The notes below the pieces were generated by a model, which searched no databases, had not been told where the DNA came from, and saw nothing but the letters and a program-made list of their open reading frames with translations. Made by a program: the position numbers and the translations under genes. From Candidatus Krumholzibacteriota bacterium (lineage in GTDB: Bacteria; Krumholzibacteriota; Krumholzibacteriia; JAJRXK01), in contig CAVXTH010000006.1 of NCBI GenBank assembly GCA_963764625.1, forward strand, positions 736,001 through 800,000: a stretch of DNA of 64,000 nt, read 5' to 3'. Position 1 is the first letter of the stretch, and each line of letters begins with the position of its first letter. Shown one piece after another: positions 56,736-64,000 of the stretch.

Positions 56736-58562
56736 TCAGCTGTTCCTCCGGTTGAAGAACGCGAGGATGCGTTCGGCGTCGCCGTTTCCGATCCCCTCGA
56801 CCGCGGTCAGATCCCGCGCCTTGGCCTTGGCGACTTCATCCACCGATCCGAAACGCAGCAGGAGTGCTCGTTTCTTCTTGGCTCCGATCCCGGGAATCTC
56901 GTCGAGCAGGCTCTTCTTCATTTCCTTGCCACGCAGATTGCGGTGGTAGCTCACGGCGAAACGATGGGCCTCGTCGCGCGCTCGTTGCAGCAGCTTCAAG
57001 CCAGTGGAACTCCTGGGCAGACGCACCGGATCTCGCTGCTTCGGCAGGTAGATTTCCTCGTGTTTCTTGGCCAATCCCACTACCGCGGTTTCGACGAATC
57101 CGTAGCGGCTCAGGGTGGAGACCGCAACCGAAAGCTGCCCCGCTCCGCCGTCCACCACCACCAGGTCGGCCGGGAGTTTGTCCTCGTCGCGCAGACGGCT
57201 GTAATAGCGCTCCAGGACCTCCTGCATCATCGCGAAGTCGTCGATGCCTTCGGCCTGTTGGATCCGAAAACGGCGGTAGCGGCTCTTGAGCGGCTCACCC
57301 GCCTGAAAGTAGACCAGTGAACCGACGCGCTTGCTCCCCTGAATGTGACTCATGTCGAAACACTCGATGCTCCACGGCGCCACCGGCAGGTTGAGACGCT
57401 GCTTGAGATCCAGGACCGAGGGCACCTCCTTGCGCTGGGGAGTGGTGCGGCCCAATCGCTCGCGCAGCTTCCAGCGCGCGTTGGAGCAGGCCATTTCGAC
57501 CAGGCGTTTCGCCTTGCCGCGCTGCGCCACGCGCAGATGCACCCGCCGCCCCAGACGTTCCCCCAGGACCTCCTCCCAGTGCTCCATCTGTGGGATCTCC
57601 TGCAGCAGCATCACCTCTCGCCCCCCGTGGCGCTGGCTGCTGAAGACCGAAGAGGTGAAGCGCTGAAAGAACTCCTCGAGCTCGCTCTCCCGCGAGGACG
57701 AGAAGAAGTAAGCCTCGGAGTGGAGGAGCTTCCCGTCGCGCACTCGCAGCACCACCCCGCACGCCTGCCTTCCTTCGCGATCGAGCCCAAAAGCGTCGAC
57801 CTCGCGCCCTTCGTCCCAAACTACCTCCTGCCGGGAGTCGAGTCGCCGCACCGCCTCGATCTGGTCCCGTAGTCGCGCCGCTTCTTCGAATCGGAGCGCC
57901 TCGCTGGCCGCGTTCATCCGCTGAGCAAGCGTGTCGAGCAGGCCGCGGCTTTGGCCGGAGAGAAAGAGCCGCACTTGCTCCACCAGGGCCGCGTAGGATT
58001 CGCGGTCGATATAGTTCACGCAGGGGGCATCGCAACGTTTGATGTGGTAGTCCAGGCACGGCCGCGGAACGATCTCCTCGGGCAAGCGCAGCGCGCAGGT
58101 GCGGATGCGAAACACCTGACCGATGGTCTTGAGAGTCTGCCGCATGGCCTTCGCATTGGTATAGGGCCCGTAGTATTCCTCCCCGTCGTCCTTGGGCCTG
58201 CGCACCACGCTGAGGCGGGGAAAGGGTTCCTTCACGCTCAGCTTCAGCCAGGGATAGCGCTTGTCATCCTTGAGCCTGATGTTGTACCGCGGCTTGAATT
58301 CCTTGATCAGCTGGTCCTCGAGAAGCAAGGCCTCGCGCTCGTTGGTGGTGACCACGTAGTCAAAATCGGCGATCCGGCGGGCCAGGGAGGCCGTCTTGGT
58401 GTCGAGCGTGCTCTCTGGCGCGAAGTAGGAACGGACGCGAACCGCCAAGCGCGCCGCCTTCCCCACGTAGATCACCCGGCCGTGCTCGTCCTTCATGAGG
58501 TACACGCCGGGCGACTCGGAGAGTCCCTCGAGTTTCGAAAAGAGAGGGTGCTCAGGATTCAT
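56736..58562 (-). CDS. uvrC: Excinuclease ABC subunit C
   Basis: PGVYLM..YVGKA, PRYNIRLKDDK, UVR domain, IECFDMSH, VDGGAGQ, RDEAHRFA, HhH motifs. Confidence 0.97.
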   Translation of the reverse strand: MNPEHPLFSKLEGLSESPGVYLMKDEHGRVIYVGKAARLAVRVRSYFAPESTLDTKTASLARRIADFDYVVTTNEREALLLEDQLIKEFKPRYNIRLKDDKRYPWLKLSVKEPFPRLSVVRRPKDDGEEYYGPYTNAKAMRQTLKTIGQVFRIRTCALRLPEEIVPRPCLDYHIKRCDAPCVNYIDRESYAALVEQVRLFLSGQSRGLLDTLAQRMNAASEALRFEEAARLRDQIEAVRRLDSRQEVVWDEGREVDAFGLDREGRQACGVVLRVRDGKLLHSEAYFFSSSRESELEEFFQRFTSSVFSSQRHGGREVMLLQEIPQMEHWEEVLGERLGRRVHLRVAQRGKAKRLVEMACSNARWKLRERLGRTTPQRKEVPSVLDLKQRLNLPVAPWSIECFDMSHIQGSKRVGSLVYFQAGEPLKSRYRRFRIQQAEGIDDFAMMQEVLERYYSRLRDEDKLPADLVVVDGGAGQLSVAVSTLSRYGFVETAVVGLAKKHEEIYLPKQRDPVRLPRSSTGLKLLQRARDEAHRFAVSYHRNLRGKEMKKSLLDEIPGIGAKKKRALLLRFGSVDEVAKAKARDLTAVEGIGNGDAERILAFFNRRNS

Positions 58563-58608
58563 TGCAGGCCGCCGAGAGTCCGCATCTTGCCAACCCAGGC
58601 GCCCCGGC

Positions 58609-58637
58609 TTGACAGGCAGGGGCCCTTGGGCTATCGT
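58609..58637 (+). promoter_or_regulatory. Sigma70 promoter of rpsT
   Basis: TTGACA-N17-TATCGT. Confidence 0.65.
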
Positions 58638-58723
58638 TTTGCCCGCTCTCCCTCGGGAGAGTTCTCTTATACATAGCTCGAATCCGTCGCTCAGTGCGAC
58701 TTCAAAGTCAAGGATGGTCCGCG

Positions 58724-58987
58724 GTGCCTCACAACAAGTCGGCGAAGAAGCGTGTGAAGACCAATGAACTGAGGCGTCAGCGCAACGTTGCGCGCGGAAG
58801 CCGTCTGCGTCACGCGATTCGCGATCTCCGCCAGCATTCCACGACAGAGGGCGCGGCCAAGGAAGAGCTGATGCTCGAGTTCCGGAAAGTCAGTGGGCTC
58901 TTGGACAAGATGGCGAACAAGGGATTCATTCACAAGAACAAGGCCGCCCGGCTCAAGAGCCGCCTCGTGCCCCGCGCCGAATCCTGA
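58724..58987 (+). CDS. rpsT: 30S ribosomal protein S20
   Basis: PHNKSAKKR...LDKMANKGFIHKNKAARLKSRL; GTG start. Confidence 0.96.
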   Translation: MPHNKSAKKRVKTNELRRQRNVARGSRLRHAIRDLRQHSTTEGAAKEELMLEFRKVSGLLDKMANKGFIHKNKAARLKSRLVPRAES

Positions 58988-59021
58988 CTCCGCTCCCCGT
59001 TTTGATTTCGGTTTCTTGGAC

Positions 59022-59046
59022 ACGCCAGCCTCGAGCTGGCGTTTTC
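59022..59046 (+). terminator. Rho-independent terminator after rpsT
   Basis: ACGCCAGC-CTCGA-GCTGGCGT followed by TTT. Confidence 0.6.
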
Positions 59047-59092
59047 CATATCCCCGCTCCTTCTACCCCTGGCTTGCGGTTCAGGCTCCGCC

Positions 59093-59926
59093 TCAGCCGG
59101 GATCGACGCTCTCGTCCCACACGAAGCGGGAGCTGAAGACCTCGACCACCGGACCCTCCAGCATCCAAGCTTCCTCTTGGGGTTGCACCTGGATCTCGTC
59201 GCCGCCGCGGGTGTGAAGCCGCACCGGCTCTCCTTTGGGCGCGAGCCCGTGGAGTGCGGCCACGCTGGCGATACAGCCGCTGCCACAGGCCCAGGTTTCC
59301 CCTTCGACCCCGCGCTCGAAGGAGCGGATGCGCCAGCTGTGGGGCCCGCGGTGGACGAAGTGGACGTTCGTGCCCTCGGCAAAGCGGGAAGTCCACCAGC
59401 GCAAGGGGCGCGCGAGCGCCTCGAACTCATTCGAATCGAGCACTCCATTCTCCACCTCGACCACCAGGTGAGGGTCTCCCGTATTCACCTCGTGGCCGTT
59501 GCGCGCCACCGAACCTTGGGGGAGTTCCAGACGCTCACTCGAACACTTCGGAGCCGCGAACCACAGGCGTACGCGCGCGCCCTCCTGAAGAATCTGCGCC
59601 TCGATGGATCCGTACTCGCTGAGGAAAGAAAAACGCTCGCCGCACCAACCCAGACGCCACGCCCTGAGAGCGCAGCAGCGCGCGCCATTGAAGCACATCT
59701 CGCAGTAGCTTCCGTCCAGGTTGTAGAAGTACATGCGGAACACCGGGGAGCCGACACCCTTTTCCTTCAGGCGTTCCATGAACAGAGCCCCGTCGCCTCC
59801 GATCCCCTTTCGGCGATGACAGAGGGCTCGCACCAGGGCGGCATCGCGCGGCGGTTTCGGAGGCGCTTCCTCCAGAATGACGAAGTCGTTGGCGGCGCCG
59901 TGCATCTTCGCGAAACGAAGTTCCAT
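59093..59926 (-). CDS. dapF: Diaminopimelate epimerase
   Basis: FAKMHG.ANDF, GIGGDG, EMCFNGARC, NTGDPH, GTNV, FERGVEGETWACGSG. Confidence 0.88.
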   Translation of the reverse strand: MELRFAKMHGAANDFVILEEAPPKPPRDAALVRALCHRRKGIGGDGALFMERLKEKGVGSPVFRMYFYNLDGSYCEMCFNGARCCALRAWRLGWCGERFSFLSEYGSIEAQILQEGARVRLWFAAPKCSSERLELPQGSVARNGHEVNTGDPHLVVEVENGVLDSNEFEALARPLRWWTSRFAEGTNVHFVHRGPHSWRIRSFERGVEGETWACGSGCIASVAALHGLAPKGEPVRLHTRGGDEIQVQPQEEAWMLEGPVVEVFSSRFVWDESVDPG

Positions 59927-59937
59927 GGAAACTCCTC

Positions 59938-61022
59938 TCAGGGCGCGGCCTCCAGAAAGACCGAACGGGGCAAGGGAGGGGTGCGCATGCTGTCCAGCAC
60001 CGTCCACTCGAGTCTCTCGGTGGGTCGCGGCAAGGCGAGCGTGTCGGGTGTGGCCGGTTGCAGCTTTACTGTCGTCTCAGCGCTGAAGGGTTCGCTCAGC
60101 CCCTTCTCGTCGGGACCGAAGTGACTGTCCCCGTCGAGGTCCAGCCAAACCGAGACCCGGTACTCTCCGGGCGTGAGCTTGGACTGGTTGCACCCCAGGG
60201 TGTCCATGGTGACGGTTTGCACTTTCGCCTCCTCCACTCCGATGGGTCTTATGGCGGCGCGAAACAAGAGAGTGTCCGTCTCGTCCTTCTCCACGCAGAT
60301 CAAGAGACCCACCGGAGCCTCCAGGTCGATTAGGGTGAGCGGACCCAGATCCAGGACCGTCTCCCCCGCGCGCAGGTACACCGAATCTCTCTCGGCGGTG
60401 GGCTCGCGGGTATCCCGCTTGCCGTTCTGATTCTTGTCCTCGAAGACCTGTAGCGCGTAGGGACCGGAGGGCGACGCGAGCAGACCGAGCCGGAAGAACC
60501 CCAGTTCGTTCGGGGCCACCATCCGCCACAGGGTTGGTTTCTTGGCGTCCTCAGAGCCCAGGATGCTCAGTTGCGCCACGACCTGCTCGAGTTTGAGACT
60601 CCTCCCCCTGCACCTGTCCTTTGATGAGACCGGAGGGAATGGTATCTCCGGTGGTGAAGGCGCCGCTCACCGGCGCGCCCAGCTTCACGTTGTGCCGGTC
60701 GGTGAGAGTCGGAAGCAGAGTCCACACGACCAGTGTGTCCCTGGGCCAGCCGGATTCCGGATGCACCGTCACCCGGGTCGCGTCGAAACCAATGTCTCGC
60801 AAGCGAATTTCGGGCGCAAAGTGAAGCCCGCTGCGAAAGCCTCGTCGATCCACTTTTTCGCTGAATTCGAGCACGAGCGGAGCCAGAGGGTCGACTCTCA
60901 GGGCGAGACTGCCCGGCTCGGCGGAGAGGAAACGCGGCGGGATCTCATCCACCGGACCTCCGGGCGGCGGACCCGTCTGCGCGCAAGCCGACACCGCCAG
61001 CGCCACGAGCGCGCACACGCAT
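59938..61022 (-). CDS. Ig-like (Big_5-type) domain lipoprotein, split by an apparent frameshift near 60605-60609; start uncertain
   Basis: Lipobox VSA-CAQTGPPPGGPVDEIPP and LEFSEKVD in one frame; FEDKNQNGKRD..EP and DLDGD motifs in the downstream frame (59938-60579). Confidence 0.7.
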
Positions 61023-61034
61023 TGAGCCCACAGC

Positions 61035-61958
61035 TCACCCCATGAGGTGGTAGAGTAGCGCTCTCTGTACATGCAGCCGGTTCTCCGCTTCGTCGTAGAC
61101 TCGACTCGCCGGGCCATCCATCACTCCGTCGGTGATCTCCATGCCGCGGTGGGCTGGGAGACAGTGCAAGACAATGGCCTCCTTCTTCGCCCCCGACAAG
61201 AGTTCTTCGTTCACCTGGTAGTCGGCAAAGACTTTGGCGCGCGCCTCCGCCTCGGCCTCCTGTCCCATGCTGGCCCAGACGTCGGTGTAGACCACGTCCG
61301 CGTCGCGAACCGCCTGGCGGGGATCGCTCGTGATCTGTAGATCGAGCGAGCCTCGCGTCTTGGCCCGCTCGACCACGGCGGGATCCGGCTCATAGTCGTT
61401 GGGGGTGCAGATCACCAAGGCGAAGTCGAGCAAGGCCGCCGCGTTGATCCAGGAGTGCGCGATGTTGTTCCCGTCCCCCACGTACACCACTTTCTTCCCG
61501 TCGATGCCGCCCAGTTCCTCAACGATGGTGAAGACATCGGCCAGGATCTGACAGGGATGCGCGAGATCGGTGAGGCCGTTCACCACCGGAATGCTCGCCG
61601 CGGCCGCCAATCGCTCCACCATTGCGTGCTCGAAGGTCCGGATCATGATTCCGTCCACGAGGCGGCTGAGGACTTTAGCCACGTCCTCCACCGTTTCCCG
61701 GCTGCCCAGACCGATTTCCTTTTCCGTGATGTAGAGCGAATCGCCGCCCAGCTGACGAATCGCCACCTCGAAGGAGATTCGGGTGCGAAGGCTCGGCTTG
61801 TGGAAAATGCAGGCCAGAGTACGATTGGGGTGGCTCGCCGCCAGCGTGTGTGCGCGGGCTTTCGGCTTCTGCTCGCGCGTGGTCTGAAACAGGGTCTTCA
61901 GATCTTCGCGGCTGAGATCGAGAATGGTCACCAGGTCCTTGTTGGACAGTTTCTTCAT
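61035..61958 (-). CDS. argF: Ornithine carbamoyltransferase
   Basis: KPSLRTRISFE, HPCQILAD, GDGNN, YTDVWASMGQE, HCLPAHRG, AENRLH. Confidence 0.96.
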   Translation of the reverse strand: MKKLSNKDLVTILDLSREDLKTLFQTTREQKPKARAHTLAASHPNRTLACIFHKPSLRTRISFEVAIRQLGGDSLYITEKEIGLGSRETVEDVAKVLSRLVDGIMIRTFEHAMVERLAAAASIPVVNGLTDLAHPCQILADVFTIVEELGGIDGKKVVYVGDGNNIAHSWINAAALLDFALVICTPNDYEPDPAVVERAKTRGSLDLQITSDPRQAVRDADVVYTDVWASMGQEAEAEARAKVFADYQVNEELLSGAKKEAIVLHCLPAHRGMEITDGVMDGPASRVYDEAENRLHVQRALLYHLMG

Positions 61959-61989
61959 GCCGATTCCTTCCACTTGGCGGCCGTCTACC

Positions 61990-63384
61990 CTAGAGAATGA
62001 AGCGACTCAAGTCCTCGTCCTTGACGATCCGCATGAGTTTTTCGTCGACGAATTTCTTGTCGATCACGATGCGGGTCGGTGGCGGAGTCTCCCCGCTGGT
62101 GGGCGGCAACTCGAAGAGCATTTCGTCCAAAAGCGAAGTCATGATGGTGTGAAGGCGTCTGGCTCCGATGTTCTCCTGACTCCGATTCACTTCCCAGGCG
62201 ATCCGTCCGATTTCCTCGTAGGCCTCGATCTGGAACACGAGCTCGCATCCCTCGGTGTGCAGCAGCGCCTGATATTGTCGGGGCAGCGAATTCTCTGGTT
62301 CGCGCAGGATCCGCACGAAGTCTTCCTGGGAGAGACTCTTCAGTTCCACGCGGATGGGAAACCGCCCCTGCAGCTCCGGGATCAGATCGCTCGGCTTGCT
62401 CATGTGGAAGGCCCCGGCCGCGATGAAGAGAACGTGGTCGGTGGAGACCGCGCCGTACTTCGTCTGCACCGTCGCTCCTTCCACCACCGGCAAGAGGTCG
62501 CGCTGCACGCCCTCGCGGCTCACGTCAATTCCGGTGGACTCCCTGCGGCTCGCGATCTTGTCGATCTCGTCCAGGAAGATGATCCCCGAACTCTCCGTGC
62601 GCTGGAGAGCCTCCGTCGTCACCTTCTCCATGTCGATACGGCGATCGAGCTCCTCTTCGCGCAAGAGCCGCCGCGCCTCGGACAGGGGGACCTGGCGCGA
62701 CTTGCGTTGCTTGGGAAAGAGACTCTTGAGGGCATCGCCCAGCCCCGACTCGAGAAGTTCGTCCCCGCCGGTCGAGAGAATACCGAACTGAGCCCCCGGA
62801 CGGGTGGTGATCTCGACCGTGACTTCGCGCTCTTCCAGTTCTTTCGCGCGGAGCTGCGCGCGCAGCTTCTCGCGGCTCCTCTTCCACCGCTCCTCGGTCT
62901 CGGGGCTGGTCTCCCTGAGCGAAGGAAGCAAGAGGTCGAGGAGACGCTCCTCGACCGAGGCCGAGGTAGTCTCTTCCACTTCCTCGGTCATCTCCTGACG
63001 CACGATCCCGACCGCGACCTCCACCAGGTCGCGTACCATGCTCTCGACGTCGCGCCCCACGTACCCGCGCTCGGTGAATTTCGTCGCTTCCACTTTCACG
63101 AACGGCGCCCCGGCCACCCGGGCCAGGCGCCGGGCGATTTCCGTCTTTCCCACTCCGGTGGGGCCGATCATCAAAATGTTGTTGGGGATGATCTCCTCGC
63201 GCATCGGCTGTGGCACTCGCATACGGCGCCACCGGTTGCGCAGAGCGATGGCGACCGCGCGTTTCGCGTCGTCCTGGCCCACCACGTAGCGATCGAGTTC
63301 GGACACGATCTGACGCGGGGTCAACTTATCGCCCCCCAGATGAGCCATGCCCATCTTGTCGATTGCGATGATCTTCTCACTCAT
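61990..63384 (-). CDS. hslU: ATP-dependent protease ATPase subunit HslU
   Basis: [56 protein letters not shown]. Confidence 0.98.
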   Translation of the reverse strand: MSEKIIAIDKMGMAHLGGDKLTPRQIVSELDRYVVGQDDAKRAVAIALRNRWRRMRVPQPMREEIIPNNILMIGPTGVGKTEIARRLARVAGAPFVKVEATKFTERGYVGRDVESMVRDLVEVAVGIVRQEMTEEVEETTSASVEERLLDLLLPSLRETSPETEERWKRSREKLRAQLRAKELEEREVTVEITTRPGAQFGILSTGGDELLESGLGDALKSLFPKQRKSRQVPLSEARRLLREEELDRRIDMEKVTTEALQRTESSGIIFLDEIDKIASRRESTGIDVSREGVQRDLLPVVEGATVQTKYGAVSTDHVLFIAAGAFHMSKPSDLIPELQGRFPIRVELKSLSQEDFVRILREPENSLPRQYQALLHTEGCELVFQIEAYEEIGRIAWEVNRSQENIGARRLHTIMTSLLDEMLFELPPTSGETPPPTRIVIDKKFVDEKLMRIVKDEDLSRFIL

Positions 63385-63935
63385 TCCCTGGAGTCCTTCA
63401 ACTGTAGAGTCGTGATCTTGTCGTTCGTATAGATACAGATTCCCGCCGCAATCTGCAGGGACTCACGGCAAATTTCCTCCGCGCTCAATTCGGTGTGCAA
63501 ACGCAAGGCTCGCGCGGCGGCCAGGGCGTACGACCCTCCGCTTCCAATGGCGATGAGATCGTCGTCCGGTTCGATCACGTCGCCGCTGCCCGAGATGATG
63601 AAGGAGTGCTCGAGGTCCATCACCGCCAGGAGCGCCTCGAGCCGCCGGAGCACGCGGTCACTCCGCCACTCCTTGGCCAGCGCCACCGCCGCCCGGGGCA
63701 GATTGCCCCCCTTGACGTCGAGATGCCCCTCGAATTTTTCGAAGAGGGTGAAGGCGTCCGCGGTACTTCCGGCGAAGCCCGAGAGAATCTTTCCGTCCTG
63801 CAGGGTGCGCACCTTGCTCGCGCCCCACTTCATGGTGACTTCGCCGAAAGTGACTTGACCGTCGCCGCCGATGCATACGTCATGGCCACGACGAACTCCC
63901 AGTATGGTGGTCCCATGAATCTCCTGTGGATTCAC
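63381..63935 (-). CDS. hslV: ATP-dependent protease subunit HslV
   Basis: [38 protein letters not shown]. Confidence 0.97.
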   Translation of the reverse strand: MNPQEIHGTTILGVRRGHDVCIGGDGQVTFGEVTMKWGASKVRTLQDGKILSGFAGSTADAFTLFEKFEGHLDVKGGNLPRAAVALAKEWRSDRVLRRLEALLAVMDLEHSFIISGSGDVIEPDDDLIAIGSGGSYALAAARALRLHTELSAEEICRESLQIAAGICIYTNDKITTLQLKDSRE

Positions 63936-64000
63936 TTCTCTTCCTTCTCCTCTCCCGCGCGCGGGTGCGCCTGTTGATAGACTTCCTTCAGTCGCGCCGA
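63932..64000 (-). CDS. xerC: 3' end of tyrosine recombinase XerC (partial)
   Basis: Reads [22 protein letters not shown]; the stop overlaps the hslV GTG, and xerC-hslV-hslU is a common gene order. Confidence 0.75.
   Translation of the reverse strand, partial: SARLKEVYQQAHPRAGEEKEEK

Overview
GC-rich chromosomal window from a diderm bacterium (lptE, lapAB and a PorV-like barrel are present). The PorV-like gene and general gene style suggest an FCB-superphylum lineage such as Eisenbacteria, Krumholzibacteriota or Latescibacterota, but this is inference. Genes run almost all on the + strand up to about 23 kb and almost all on the - strand after it, converging on a 28-bp dif-like site at 23060-23087, so the window probably spans the replication terminus; xerD and the 3' end of a probable xerC are also present. 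The left part (about 1.5-21 kb) is a cell-surface locus. It has a sigma54-type promoter, GAF-GGDEF diguanylate cyclase, nucleotide-sugar enzymes, PEP-CTERM protein, Wza/Wzc/BY-kinase, a UPF0104 flippase-like protein, PorV-like barrel, exosortase, EpsI-like protein, TPR lipoprotein, priming sugar transferase with an Arg-rich insert, and a GAF(Cys-insert)-PAS histidine kinase with an NtrC-family activator. A second sigma54-type promoter precedes a multi-GAF/degenerate-GGDEF protein between mutS and mutL. The rest is housekeeping (holA, trxA, apt, pcm, surE, gpsA, plsY, der, miaA, mutL, mutS, miaB, mtaB, rpsA, cmk-plsC fusion, aroA, hisC, rluB, scpAB, uvrC, rpsT, dapF, argF, hslUV) with five tRNAs. 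Two genes appear split by single-base frameshifts in G runs. No CRISPR array, rRNA, transposase or prophage was seen. All calls come from reading motifs by eye; no database searches were run.
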